Origin: Sumerlaeia bacterium
GTDB taxonomy: Bacteria > Sumerlaeota > Sumerlaeia > SLMS01 > JAHLLQ01
NCBI GenBank assembly: GCA_040219255.1
Contig: JAVJSW010000049.1
Span: 58,067 to 122,066, forward strand
Length of the DNA: 64,000 nt
Direction: 5' to 3'
Part shown: in pieces, positions 35,761 through 45,698 of the stretch
Position numbering within the stretch: the stretch's first letter is position 1
Layout of the letters: each line of letters begins with the position of its first letter
Program-made: the position numbers and the translations under genes
The notes under the pieces: generated by a model
Seen by the model: the letters and a program-made list of their open reading frames with translations, nothing else
Databases searched by the model: none
What the model was told of the DNA's origin: nothing

Positions 35761-38700
35761 ATGACATTGGGCAAACATCGAAACTCGGATTCCCACGCGC
35801 CAGGCGGGCCCGCATGGGCTGGGCTCTTGTTGACAGGTGCGCTGTTGATGGCGGCGGGAAGCGCCTGGGCGGCTCCACCGGCGAATTACTACGACACCGC
35901 CGACACCACTAACGGCACAACGCTGCGGTCGTCCCTGCACAATATCATCGATGGGCACACCGTCTATAGCTACACGGCGGCCTACGATATTATCGCCGAC
36001 GCGAACGAAGATCCGAACAATTCGAACAACACCATTTTATTTTATACTGGCCGCTCGACACCGAAAACCAACCAGGGCGGCAACGACAGCGACCCAGCCA
36101 CCGGCGGCTACAACCGCGAGCACATCTGGCCCCAGAGCGCCTTCAACGAAAACAGCCCGATGAAGTCCGACATGCACGCGCTGTTGCCCGCCGACGCGGA
36201 CGCCAATGGCCGCCGCAGCAACTATCCCTTCCACACGGTGACGACCTCGACCTACGAGTTCTTCGGCAACAAGGTCGACACGGACAACTTCGCCGCGGGC
36301 AACATCTTCGAACCCCGCGACGCCGTGAAGGGCGATGTGGCCCGCGCGCTGTTCTACATGGACGTGCGGTACGAGGGCGACAGCGGCGAGCCGAACCTGG
36401 CGCTGAGCAGCAGCGGCTATCCCACCGGCACCGGCAGCGCCCTGATGGGGTACCTGGACGAACTGCTGGCCTGGCATGCGGCGGATCCCGTCGATCAGTT
36501 CGAAATCGACCGCCACGAGTACATCTACGGTTTCCAGAACAACCGCAACCCGTTCATCGATCATCCGGAATGGGTGGATTGCGTTTACAACAACAATTGC
36601 AGCAACGACACGACCCCGCCCGATCCGCCCATGGGGCTGGCGGCGAATGGGGGCGATGGGTCGGTGTCGCTGACGTGGAATGCCAACAGCGAGGGCGACC
36701 TCGACGGCTACAACGTCTATCGCTCGACGACGATGGGCGGGCCCTATTCGCAGATCAACGGCGCCTTGGTTCCAGCGCCTTCCTACGTGGACAACACGGT
36801 CACCAACGGCGTGACGTATTACTATGTGGTGACGGCGGTCGATACGGCGAACAACGAGTCGAACGACAGCACGCCCGCCTCGGCGACGCCGGAAACCGGG
36901 CCGGGCCTGATCGTGGCGGGGCCGATGGCGGAACCGGCGACGATTTCGTCGCTGCGGACGACGGCCTTCGACGCGCCCTGGAATTTCGATGTAACCATCA
37001 TCGACGATCAGGCCAACCCCGGCGCCGACAGCGATCCGACGCTGATTTCGCAGATTGTCTTCACCCCCGGCACGGGCAACGACTTCGCGAATTGGACGAG
37101 CGTTCTGGCGGGGGCGCGGCTGACCGATGGCACCCACTCGGTTAATGGCACGGTCGGCGCGGCGGGGCTCACCTTCGCGCTGACGAACGGGCTCAACGAA
37201 ATCGGCCACATCGCGGACAACGGTACGAAGACCTATCAGTTGAAGGTCTGGCTGAAGGAAAGCGCCACCGGCGTGGACAACGGCAACCTGGTGTTCGCCC
37301 TGGCGAGTTCGGGCATCGCGACGGAAGCGGCCGGTTCCTCGACCGTTGGCAGCAGCTCGGCGGACAGCGGCTCGACGAACAACGCGATCGAGGTGGTGGC
37401 GACGGAGCTGCGCTTCGCCAGTCAACCGCCGGACACGATCGTCGCCACGGATTTCGCCGCCTCGGTCCACGCCACCGACAAGTACGGTCGCCGCGATACG
37501 GACGCTTCGGGAAACGTAACGCTGTCGCTGGACACGGTGAACGCGGGGATTCTCTCGGCGGCAGGCGGTCTGACAAAGGCCCTCGCAGCGGGCCTGGCGA
37601 GCTGGAGCGACCTGGAAATCGACACCGGCGAAGCCGGCGTGGGACTGCTGGCGAACGCTACGGGCTTTGCGGAGAAGCGCAGCGAGAGCTTTGACGTGCT
37701 GCCCTCGGGCGGCGGCTCCGGCACCCCGGTTTTCGTGAACGAGATTCACTATGACAACGATGGCGGCGACACTGGCGAGTTCATCGAAGTCGCCGGCCCG
37801 GCGGGAACCGATCTGAGCGGCTGGACCATCGTGCTCTACAATGGCTCGAGCAGCCTGAGGAGCCCTTACTCGCCCACCATGAATCTGTCGGGTACGATCC
37901 CGGACTCGACCGGCAACGGTTTCGGCTTCCTGAGCTTCTTCCAGGCCGGCATCCAGAACGGCGACCCGGACGGGCTGGCGCTGGTGGACGACTCGAACAC
38001 CCTCATCCAGTTCCTCAGCTACGATGGGTCCTTCGTCGCCGCCAGCGGCATCGCGGCGGGCCTGACCTCGGAAAACATCGGCGGCGAGCCCACCACTACG
38101 CCCATCGGCGAGAGCCTGCAACTGACCGGCACGGGCTCGGTGTACGAGGACTTCACCTGGGCCGCAAGCACCGCCACGAACACGGCGGGCGCGCTCAACG
38201 GCAGCCAAACGTTCCAGCCCGCGGGCGGAACACTGAACGCCAACGGCGTGCTGGAATTCGCCTCGGCCAGCCGCGCCGGGTCCGAGGACGGCGGCGCCAT
38301 CGTGGTGTCGGTGCTGCGGCTGGCGGGCACGGCGGGGGCCATTGCGGTGCCGTTCTCGGTCGGCGGCGCCAGTACCGCCTCGGGCGCGGACTACACGATC
38401 GCCACGGCCAGCCCGCTCAACTTCGCCGACAGCGACGACGTCCAATCCATCACCATCAACCCGGTGGTCGATTCGGATCACCTGGAGGGGGACGAGACGA
38501 TTGTCCTTCAGTTGGGCGCGCCCACTGGCGGAGCGGCGCTGGGCGCTCAGAGCGAAGTCGTGGTGACGCTGCTGGCCAGCGACCGCACCCTGATCCCCAG
38601 CGGCACGAACCCGCCGCCGCTGGAATTCGCCGAGGGTGTGCGGGCGACGGTGGACTTCAACGACGTGTCGGCCGCGGGCGCTGGCTTCGCCGCCAATCTC

Positions 38701-39333
38701 GTCAAGGACAACGCGGCCATCGTGGGTCTGTCGTCGAGCCTCGGCGTGTACTGGGATTTCACCGTCGAAACCGGATTCGCCTTCGGTGGCGAGGTGCTGG
38801 TGACGCTCGAATACCGCGACGGCGAGCTGAACGGCGTGGATGAGAACACGATGACGCTGGTGAAGGCCAACTCGCCGGCCGGACCCTGGCAGCCCGTACA
38901 GATCGTCGAACGCGACACCGTCAACAACACTATCTCCGCCATCGTCACCGGGTTTTCGACCTTTACGGCGACCAACGATACGGTGCTGTGGGTGGACCTG
39001 GTGGCTTTCGAGGCGGAGGATCTGGGTTCGGGCGGCGTGCGTGTGACCTGGGAAACGGCGGCGGAGGTCGATTCCCTCGGCTTCCACATCCACCGCGTGG
39101 CCCCCGATGGCGGGCTGGGCGGGCAAGTCACCTCTGGCCTCGTGCCGGCCACGGGCAGCCCCCTCGGCGGTGCGTTCTACGAAGTCCTGGACAGCGAAGC
39201 GTTGGCCACCGGAGAGAGCCGCGGGTACTTCCTGGTGGAGACGGAGACCTCTGGAAAGACAACCACTTACGGACCCATCACGGTATCCGCCGAAGCGCGC
39301 GAGAGCGCCGTGGAGGATTGGACGATCTTCTGA
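35761..39333 (+). CDS. Secreted multidomain nuclease: Endonuclease I (EndA/Dns family) + fibronectin-III + lamin-tail domain (LTD), 1191 aa.
   Basis: ORF 35686..39333; Met26 begins signal peptide (GPAWAGLLLTGALLMAAGSAWAAP). Endonuclease_1 motifs REHIWPQS and NRNPFIDHPEW. FN3 (SVSLTWNANSEGDLDGYNVYRS...YYYVVTAVD). LTD (FVNEIHYDNDGGDTGEFIEVAGPAGTDLSGWTIVLYNGSS). Confidence 0.85.
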   Translation: MTLGKHRNSDSHAPGGPAWAGLLLTGALLMAAGSAWAAPPANYYDTADTTNGTTLRSSLHNIIDGHTVYSYTAAYDIIADANEDPNNSNNTILFYTGRSTPKTNQGGNDSDPATGGYNREHIWPQSAFNENSPMKSDMHALLPADADANGRRSNYPFHTVTTSTYEFFGNKVDTDNFAAGNIFEPRDAVKGDVARALFYMDVRYEGDSGEPNLALSSSGYPTGTGSALMGYLDELLAWHAADPVDQFEIDRHEYIYGFQNNRNPFIDHPEWVDCVYNNNCSNDTTPPDPPMGLAANGGDGSVSLTWNANSEGDLDGYNVYRSTTMGGPYSQINGALVPAPSYVDNTVTNGVTYYYVVTAVDTANNESNDSTPASATPETGPGLIVAGPMAEPATISSLRTTAFDAPWNFDVTIIDDQANPGADSDPTLISQIVFTPGTGNDFANWTSVLAGARLTDGTHSVNGTVGAAGLTFALTNGLNEIGHIADNGTKTYQLKVWLKESATGVDNGNLVFALASSGIATEAAGSSTVGSSSADSGSTNNAIEVVATELRFASQPPDTIVATDFAASVHATDKYGRRDTDASGNVTLSLDTVNAGILSAAGGLTKALAAGLASWSDLEIDTGEAGVGLLANATGFAEKRSESFDVLPSGGGSGTPVFVNEIHYDNDGGDTGEFIEVAGPAGTDLSGWTIVLYNGSSSLRSPYSPTMNLSGTIPDSTGNGFGFLSFFQAGIQNGDPDGLALVDDSNTLIQFLSYDGSFVAASGIAAGLTSENIGGEPTTTPIGESLQLTGTGSVYEDFTWAASTATNTAGALNGSQTFQPAGGTLNANGVLEFASASRAGSEDGGAIVVSVLRLAGTAGAIAVPFSVGGASTASGADYTIATASPLNFADSDDVQSITINPVVDSDHLEGDETIVLQLGAPTGGAALGAQSEVVVTLLASDRTLIPSGTNPPPLEFAEGVRATVDFNDVSAAGAGFAANLVKDNAAIVGLSSSLGVYWDFTVETGFAFGGEVLVTLEYRDGELNGVDENTMTLVKANSPAGPWQPVQIVERDTVNNTISAIVTGFSTFTATNDTVLWVDLVAFEAEDLGSGGVRVTWETAAEVDSLGFHIHRVAPDGGLGGQVTSGLVPATGSPLGGAFYEVLDSEALATGESRGYFLVETETSGKTTTYGPITVSAEARESAVEDWTIF

Positions 39334-39366
39334 TCGGAAGCCGGAGGCAACGGATTGACAGGAAAA

Positions 39367-39406
39367 CCTCCCCCGCGCTCGACCGAGACGGGGGAGGTTA
39401 TTTTTT
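39367..39406 (+). terminator. Rho-independent terminator: CCTCCCCCG-loop-CGGGGGAGG then TTATTTTTT.
   Basis: 9-bp GC-rich perfect stem, 13-nt loop, T-tract, ~35 nt after the nuclease stop. Followed by an AT-rich ~150-nt intergenic region. Confidence 0.7.
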
Positions 39407-39679
39407 GTCTGGGAACGAAGGGCATCAATAATTCCCCAACTTATGCGTTGTCAGAAAGCCGTTCCAAAGAAGGGAATTGCAACTCATTGCCTGCAAGATT
39501 AACCGGCACGGAACATGCCACTTTTCCTTCTTCTGTCATAAAATAAGAGGGAAAGTTCTCATAGGCACTTGACTTTGCCTCTTCCACATGATTTTCTAAC
39601 GTATCTTGTCATTCCCGGTTTTGCCTTGGCTCATCACGCTCGAGCCCGCTTCTCCGGCCTTATCCTGGAGGTTCCCACC

Positions 39680-40900
39680 ATGTCGCCGAAGCCCCTGTCG
39701 TTTGCCAGGAAGTTACTCCTCTGCGCTCTTCTCTGCGCCGCCGCCGTTCCCGCTTCGGCGGGTTACAACGTCTGGACGGACACGACGGTGGCGCCTGGGG
39801 TCGTCTGGAAGAACAAGGTTTACCCCAGCCTCTTTGGCGGCAAACAGACCGTCAACGTCCTGGAGGTGGACCTGACGCATCCGCAGGTGAAGGTCCAGCC
39901 GTTGAAGACCTCCTCGGGCTGCGCCACCACGTCGGCCATCAGCAATGGCTATGGGGCCATCGCGTCGGTGAACGGCGGGTTCTTCGGCGGCTGCTCGTCC
40001 GTTTCCATGATCAAGATCAACAACACGGTCCACGCGACGAATCCGGGCTACAAGCCGGCCCGCGCCACGGTGGGGATCAACCAGGGCGGCGACAGCGCTT
40101 CCATCGCCCGCATCTCGTCGACCGACTCCTGGTCGGCGGTGAACGACGCGCTGGGGGCGGGGCCGAATCTGGTGACGAACGGCAGCCTGGACGTGTCCTG
40201 GTCCGCGGAGGGGTTCGATGCCTCCTATACTTATCGCAACCCGCGCACCGCGGTAGGCCTGAAGAACAACGGCCAGACCATGGTCATGGTGACGGTCGAC
40301 GGCCGCACGTCGGCGGGCGTGGGCATGACGCTCGACGAGTTGGCGACGTACATGACGTGGCTCGGTTGCCAAAGCGCCATGAACCTGGACGGCGGCGGCT
40401 CGACCACCATGTGGGCCTCGGGCAGCGGCGTCGTGAACACGCCGAGCGACGGCTACGAGCGCAGCGTGGTCAGCATCCTGGCGGTCTTCAGCCTGCCCGC
40501 CCCGCTGATCGTGGACAATACCTCTTCGGATTTCACGGCGTCGGCCAATTGGTGGGCCTCGTCTTCGAGCCCAGGCTACTACGGCAGCAACTACCACGTG
40601 CGCGCGACGGCGTCTTCGGGCGACGCGGCGACCTGGAAGGCCAACTTCACCGGCGGCACCTATAAAGTGTATGCGCGCTGGGCGGCGGGGAGCAACCGGG
40701 CCTCGGCGGCTCCCTACGTGATTTACCACGCCAATGGGTCCTCGACCGTTTACAAGAACCAGCAGATCGACGGCGGCACGTGGCAGTTGCTCGGCACGTA
40801 CGATTTCAATGGCGGACTGGGGACTCGGGTGGCATTATCGTGCTGGACCTCCTCGGGTTCGTATGTGGTCGCGGACGCGATCATGTTCGAGAAGCAATAG
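39680..40900 (+). CDS. Secreted phosphodiester glycosidase family protein (NAGPA-like) with golvesin-like C-terminal domain.
   Basis: ORF 39569..40900; Met38 begins signal peptide MSPKPLSFARKLLLCALLCAAAVPASA. AINGGFF...GAGPNLV...MVMVTVDGR...AMNLDGGGSTTMW (phosphodiester-glycosidase pattern). C-terminal SSPGYYGSNY...TYKVYARWAAGSNRASAAPY.IYHANG...GTWQLLGTYDF (golvesin C-terminal-like). Confidence 0.7.
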   Translation: MSPKPLSFARKLLLCALLCAAAVPASAGYNVWTDTTVAPGVVWKNKVYPSLFGGKQTVNVLEVDLTHPQVKVQPLKTSSGCATTSAISNGYGAIASVNGGFFGGCSSVSMIKINNTVHATNPGYKPARATVGINQGGDSASIARISSTDSWSAVNDALGAGPNLVTNGSLDVSWSAEGFDASYTYRNPRTAVGLKNNGQTMVMVTVDGRTSAGVGMTLDELATYMTWLGCQSAMNLDGGGSTTMWASGSGVVNTPSDGYERSVVSILAVFSLPAPLIVDNTSSDFTASANWWASSSSPGYYGSNYHVRATASSGDAATWKANFTGGTYKVYARWAAGSNRASAAPYVIYHANGSSTVYKNQQIDGGTWQLLGTYDFNGGLGTRVALSCWTSSGSYVVADAIMFEKQ

Positions 40901-40956
40901 CCCACCGAGGCATTCCGCAAAGTTCGGTCATGGCGCCCGCCCCCACCGGCCCGCCA

Positions 40957-40995
40957 TCGCATCCATCCGGCCCGCGTTCTTGCCGCGCGGGCCGG
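40957..40995 (+). terminator. Putative rho-independent terminator: CCGGCCCGCG-loop-CGCGGGCCGG then ACGTTATTTTGG.
   Basis: 10-bp perfect GC stem followed by a T-rich run, ~55 nt after the preceding stop. Confidence 0.45.
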
Positions 40996-41246
40996 ACGTT
41001 ATTTTGGTCCGGGCCCCTCCGCCCGCTCTCCCGATGGATCCCCCAATTCAGTCAACGGCTTTACCCGCCAACTGGAAAGATTCGCCGCCTTTGGGCTGGA
41101 CACGGAGGGGGCGGGCGGCGCTTGTAAGCCACTAAACTCAGCCAGCTTGTGTTGGGTGCAACCGGTTGCGTGTCCTGTCAGCACCAGACCGGCCCCAACA
41201 CCACGACGAAACCGCTGGCGATTACTCCGAGGGAGACTCGACGACC

Positions 41247-42602
41247 ATGAATGTTTGCGTGATCGGAACGGGCTATGTGGGCCTGGTTACGGGGGCGGTA
41301 TTCGCCGATTTGGGCAATGATGTGATCTGTGTGGATATGGACGAGCGCAAGGTCGCCCTGCTCCAGAACAACGTGATGCCCATCTACGAGCCCGGCCTGG
41401 AAGAAATCGTTCGCAAGAGCCAGGAAGACGGCCGGATCAGCTTTACCACCAACACCGCGGAAGCCGTTCGCAAATCCAAGGTGGTCTTCATCGCCGTGGG
41501 TACGCCGCCGGCCGCCGACGGTTCGACGAACCTGTCCTTTGTGGAGGGCGCCGCCCGCGACATCGCCCGCGCCATGGTCGACTACACGATCGTGGTCAAC
41601 AAGTCCACGGTGCCCGTGGGCACCGGCGACTTTGTCCGCCGCACCATCTCCCAGGAACTCGAAAAGCAGGGCCGCAGCCTCGAGTTCGACGTCGTGTCGA
41701 ACCCCGAATTCCTCCGCGAAGGCTCCGCCATCAAGGACTCCCTCGAACCCGACCGCATCGTGATCGGCGCGCCGACGCAGAATGTGGCGATGGCGCTCCT
41801 CGAGCTTTACGCCCCCCTCGAACGCCCCATGCTGATCACCGACGTGTACAGCGCCGAACTGATCAAGTACGCTTCGAACGCTTTCCTGGCCACCAAGATC
41901 AGCTTCATCAACATGGTCGCCAACGTGTGCGAGCAGGTCGGCGCCGACGTGACCTTGGTTTCCAAGGGCATGGGCTTCGACAAGCGCATCGGCCGCGAGT
42001 TCCTCAACGCCGGCCTCGGCTACGGCGGCTCCTGCTTCCCCAAGGACGTGGACTCGCTGAACCACAAGATCAAGGATCTGAAGGAAGACTCGGGGATCCT
42101 GGACGCCGTGACGCGGATCAACGCCGACCGCACACCGCGCTTCATCCGCCGCATCAAGGAAATCGCCGGCGGCGTGTCCGGCAAGCGCATCGCCCTCTGG
42201 GGCCTGGCTTTCAAGCCTGACACCGACGACATGCGGGAAGCCAAGAGCGTGGAAGTGATCCGCGCGTTGGTGAACGACGGCGCGGAAATCGTGGCCTACG
42301 ATCCCATCGCCATCGAAAAGTCGAAGGAAGTGCAGCCCCCGCTGCCCAAGATCGAGTACGTGGACAATGCCTATGACGCCGCCAAGGGCGCCGACGCTCT
42401 GGTGATCATGACCGAGTGGAACGAATTCAAACTCGTCAACCTCGAGCGCCTGCACGACCTGATGAAGACGCCGTTGATTTTCGACGGCCGCAACATCTAC
42501 CCGGTCGAGCGCATGGCCCGCATGGGCTTCGACTACGTCAGCATCGGCCGCGCCGCGACGCTGGAAAACAGCGAAGCCGCCAAGCAGCCGGCGGCAGTCT
42601 AA
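41247..42602 (+). CDS. ugd: UDP-glucose 6-dehydrogenase.
   Basis: ORF 41166..42602; Met28. MNVCVIGTGYVGLVTG (Rossmann). Catalytic GYGGSCFPKD. C-terminal UDP-binding domain. Confidence 0.9.
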   Translation: MNVCVIGTGYVGLVTGAVFADLGNDVICVDMDERKVALLQNNVMPIYEPGLEEIVRKSQEDGRISFTTNTAEAVRKSKVVFIAVGTPPAADGSTNLSFVEGAARDIARAMVDYTIVVNKSTVPVGTGDFVRRTISQELEKQGRSLEFDVVSNPEFLREGSAIKDSLEPDRIVIGAPTQNVAMALLELYAPLERPMLITDVYSAELIKYASNAFLATKISFINMVANVCEQVGADVTLVSKGMGFDKRIGREFLNAGLGYGGSCFPKDVDSLNHKIKDLKEDSGILDAVTRINADRTPRFIRRIKEIAGGVSGKRIALWGLAFKPDTDDMREAKSVEVIRALVNDGAEIVAYDPIAIEKSKEVQPPLPKIEYVDNAYDAAKGADALVIMTEWNEFKLVNLERLHDLMKTPLIFDGRNIYPVERMARMGFDYVSIGRAATLENSEAAKQPAAV

Positions 42603-42637
42603 GAGGCGGTGGACAGCAAGTCATCCTGGATCGCAGA

Positions 42638-43432
42638 ATGCTGAGAACACTTGTCGAGCGAGCCACTCGCAGCAGCGTATTCCGCAGGCGATTGCCTTCG
42701 GCGCTCGGGGGGGCTCGCTTTTTCGTTTCCGCCTCCGCTGGCCTCGGCTACCTGTTCCGCCCCGTTGAAAGGATCGATCCCGCACTCTGTGCTCTGGCCA
42801 GGGAATTCGTCCACACCGATTACGTCGTTTGGGACGTCGGCGCCAACGTAGGGCTGTTCTCCTTCGCGGCGGCTCACCTTGCCGGACCCAATGGCCGTGT
42901 TTGCTCAATCGAACCCGACCTCTGGCTCGTGCAACTGCTCAGGCGTTCGGCGTCTCAACAGCCCTCCACGTCCGCACCGGTGCAGGTCGTTCCATCCGCT
43001 GTAGCGGGGGCCTGTACCCTGAGGACGCTCAACATAGCAACCCGTTCACGAGCCACAAACTGTCTCTCGGGATACGGTTCAACGCAGATGGGAGGGGTCG
43101 CTGAGCAGCAAACCGTGGTGACCGTAACTCTCGACTGGCTTGCGGAATTCCTGCCCCCGCCGGATCTGGTCAAGATCGATGTGGAAGGGGCTGAACTCGA
43201 AGTTCTCCGAGGCGCGGTCAATCTGCTCAGCAGCAATCGACCCATCTTCCTGTGCGAGGTCTGCTCAGAGAATTTTGTCCCTCTGACGTCGCTCTTCCGA
43301 GAATGCGGCTACCGAGTCTTTGATGGCGAAGAACCCGCTGAGCAACGGCAAGAGCTTGACGTGGCCCGCTGGAGTACCATCGCGATTCCCAACTCATCAA
43401 CGCCACCTGCGGACAGCGCCACCGAAGCGTAG
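42638..43432 (+). CDS. FkbM-family SAM-dependent methyltransferase.
   Basis: ORF 42416..43432; Met75. VWDVGANVGLFSF...KIDVEGAELEVLRG...IFLCEV (the FkbM pattern V-D-(I/V)-G-A-N-x-G plus KIDVEG-E-x-VL). Confidence 0.75.
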   Translation: MLRTLVERATRSSVFRRRLPSALGGARFFVSASAGLGYLFRPVERIDPALCALAREFVHTDYVVWDVGANVGLFSFAAAHLAGPNGRVCSIEPDLWLVQLLRRSASQQPSTSAPVQVVPSAVAGACTLRTLNIATRSRATNCLSGYGSTQMGGVAEQQTVVTVTLDWLAEFLPPPDLVKIDVEGAELEVLRGAVNLLSSNRPIFLCEVCSENFVPLTSLFRECGYRVFDGEEPAEQRQELDVARWSTIAIPNSSTPPADSATEA

Positions 43433-43482
43433 GCATCGGAGTCGCCAGCCCCACCGCACTTCTGTGTGGCAAGTGTTCGGAG

Positions 43483-44781
43483 CTACGCCGGCTTGGCCGC
43501 CTGCTCGTCCAAGCCCTCTTCCACTTCCTCCATCTTTTCCGCAGCCGCGCCCGGCGTGATGCTGAGCTTCGCCGCGTACCAGAGGCCGATCACCGTGACC
43601 AGAATCCATTGCAGGAAGTGGATCACGAGGGTGAAGCCGAGGCCGAGAGCCTGCTCTTCGGGGGAGTCGCCGATGGCACCGACCATGATGAGGGCCAGCA
43701 GGCCGCCGACCTCGTAGAGCCCCCAGTAGCCCGGCGCCGCCGGAATGGCGATGGCGATGCAGGTGATGATCAGGAACGCCATGGATTGAACGAAGGTCAG
43801 TTCCAGTTCGGGAAAACCGAAGGCCATGATCCAGATGGTCGCGCCGGTGGCGATCCACACGCCGACGCTGTGGAAGATGAGAATCGCCAGCATCCTGGGG
43901 CTCTTGAGGGCGTCGAAGCCTTCGGCGAAATGGCGGAAGAGTTCGCCGATCTTTTCTTTGAACTTGTGGGGCAGGAGCGGAATCGCCATCACAATCCGCA
44001 GCACCAGGTTGCGCACCGGGTCGAAGAGCATGGCGATGACGCCCACGATCAGGACGATGACGAAGGGCACGAGCTTCATCGCCCCGCTCTGGATACCGGC
44101 GGGGCTGATGGTGCCAGAGCTGCCGAGGGTGAAGTCGCGCCCGCCGGGGATGAAAAGGGCGGCGGCCACACCCGCCAGCGCCAGCGCCCCCGCGGCCACG
44201 TAGCAGGGCGCCGGGGCTTTGTCGTTGCCCTTCGCGCCGAGGGTGCGCCCCAGCAGGAAGAGCCCGCCGGCCGCCAGAACCCCCAGCCCCAGCAGCAACC
44301 ACCGCAGCGGCAGCGTCATGGTGGCGTCGTAGTCCTTGGAAAAGTCGGAGTCGAATTGCAGTAGCAAGGGTGCCAGCGCGAACAACCCGAGCAGCGTGAG
44401 CGAGTCGAGGACGCGTTCGACGAACACGGTGGACAATCCAGCGGGGAAGGGCACGCCGGCCGAGCGCCGCAGGGCCAGGGGGCGGGCGGCCTCGCCCGCG
44501 CGGCCGGGGACGACGCTGTTCAACCCAAAGCCGACCATCAAGGACTGATAGGCCGGGTAGAAGGGAACTTTTTGCTTGGGCGCGAGGAGCAATTGCCAAC
44601 GCCACACACGCCAGACAAAGGTCAACCAGGTGACCACCACGAACGGGATCGCCCACCACCAATTGGCTGTCTTGAGCGTGTCCCAGAGCATGGCGAATTC
44701 GATCTGGCGAAAGGCCAGCCAGAGGAAAAAGCCGCTGAGGAGCAGCGCGATCGCCAGAGAGATGATTTTCTTTGCAGGCAT
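43483..44781 (-). CDS. Flippase-like domain / lysylphosphatidylglycerol-synthase-TM-like (UPF0104) membrane protein.
   Basis: ORF 43483..44865; Met29 begins MPAKKIISLAIALLLSGFFLWLAF. About 8 TM helices. FVWRVWRWQLLLAPK...SLMVGFGLNSVVPGRAGE matches the UPF0104 N-terminal block. Confidence 0.7.
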   Translation of the reverse strand: MPAKKIISLAIALLLSGFFLWLAFRQIEFAMLWDTLKTANWWWAIPFVVVTWLTFVWRVWRWQLLLAPKQKVPFYPAYQSLMVGFGLNSVVPGRAGEAARPLALRRSAGVPFPAGLSTVFVERVLDSLTLLGLFALAPLLLQFDSDFSKDYDATMTLPLRWLLLGLGVLAAGGLFLLGRTLGAKGNDKAPAPCYVAAGALALAGVAAALFIPGGRDFTLGSSGTISPAGIQSGAMKLVPFVIVLIVGVIAMLFDPVRNLVLRIVMAIPLLPHKFKEKIGELFRHFAEGFDALKSPRMLAILIFHSVGVWIATGATIWIMAFGFPELELTFVQSMAFLIITCIAIAIPAAPGYWGLYEVGGLLALIMVGAIGDSPEEQALGLGFTLVIHFLQWILVTVIGLWYAAKLSITPGAAAEKMEEVEEGLDEQAAKPA

Positions 44782-44932
44782 GAGAAGGGCGTTTCGCTCC
44801 GAGCGAAGAGAATAATCCGCGGCTAATGGCGGGTTCCGTTCTGCTTGGCAATCTCCGCGCCGCAACGGGAATCCCGGCCGGGCCCGATGGGTTTACCCAA
44901 TTTTCACCACGGAGACTCGGAGGCACGGAGCA

Positions 44933-45574
44933 ATGAGAGAAAACCCCCAGATTGTTCTGACCGCCATGGGCGATGGCCTGGCGGGGGCGTGGAACCGATG
45001 GTGCGGGGATTTGCCCGGCGTCGAGGTTTGGCGCCGTTCGATCCTCGATTGCGCCTGCGACGCCGTCGTCAGCCCGGCGAACAGCTTTGGCTTTATGGAC
45101 GGCGGGATCGACGGGATTTACCTCGATCACTTTGGCCGGGGGGTGCAGGATCGCCTGAGGGCCGCCATCCTGACGCGGCACGACGGTGAGCTTCTCGTCG
45201 GTCAGGCGGAGATTGTCCCCAGCGGCGACGAGGCGATTCCCTGGCTGATCGCCGCGCCGACGATGCGCGTGCCGATGGCGCTGCGCGAGAGCGTCGCGCC
45301 CTACCTGGCGGCGCGGGCGGTACTGCTGCTTTGGAAGAATGGCACCAACCCCGCCACGGGCCGCCTCGTGCGCGAAGACATCCGCACCATCGCCTTCCCC
45401 GGCCTCGGCACCGGGGTCGGCCGCATCGGCCCCCAGACCTGCGCGCGCCAGGTCCGCCAAGCGATCGAGGACGTCCTCCACCGACCCGCCCAGCTCCCGC
45501 GTTCCTGGGCCGAAGCCAGCGAACGCCACCAACTCCTCTATACCGACCGCCCCCGGAACCTGCAGCGGGATTGA
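44933..45574 (+). CDS. Macro-domain protein (ADP-ribose binding / O-acetyl-ADP-ribose or mono-ADP-ribosyl hydrolase type).
   Basis: CDAVVSPANSFGFMDGGIDG...(I/V)AFPGLGTGVGRI. Gly-rich phosphate-binding loops characteristic of macro domains. Confidence 0.7.
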   Translation: MRENPQIVLTAMGDGLAGAWNRWCGDLPGVEVWRRSILDCACDAVVSPANSFGFMDGGIDGIYLDHFGRGVQDRLRAAILTRHDGELLVGQAEIVPSGDEAIPWLIAAPTMRVPMALRESVAPYLAARAVLLLWKNGTNPATGRLVREDIRTIAFPGLGTGVGRIGPQTCARQVRQAIEDVLHRPAQLPRSWAEASERHQLLYTDRPRNLQRD

Positions 45575-45698
45575 GCGCGCCCGGGCCGAGCGAAAAAGTG
45601 AAAACGAACACGCACCACCCGCCCCGCCCCGGCGTCCTTGGAGGGTGACGGGGGTCACATACGCCCCCGCAGCCGACATCCCACAGAAGGCAAAGACA

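Noticed and set aside
36037-39126. 1029-aa minus-strand ORF
   Set aside because: It is antisense to the EndoI-FN3-LTD nuclease gene. The composition is Arg/Gly/Ala/Val-rich junk. The real gene is the plus-strand one, with clear catalytic motifs and a signal peptide.
39410-39680. Possible sigma-70 promoter (TTGACT ... TTTCTAACGT) in AT-rich spacer before the phosphodiester glycosidase gene
   Set aside because: The -10 match is poor and spacing is ambiguous. Not reported as a feature; needs TSS mapping.
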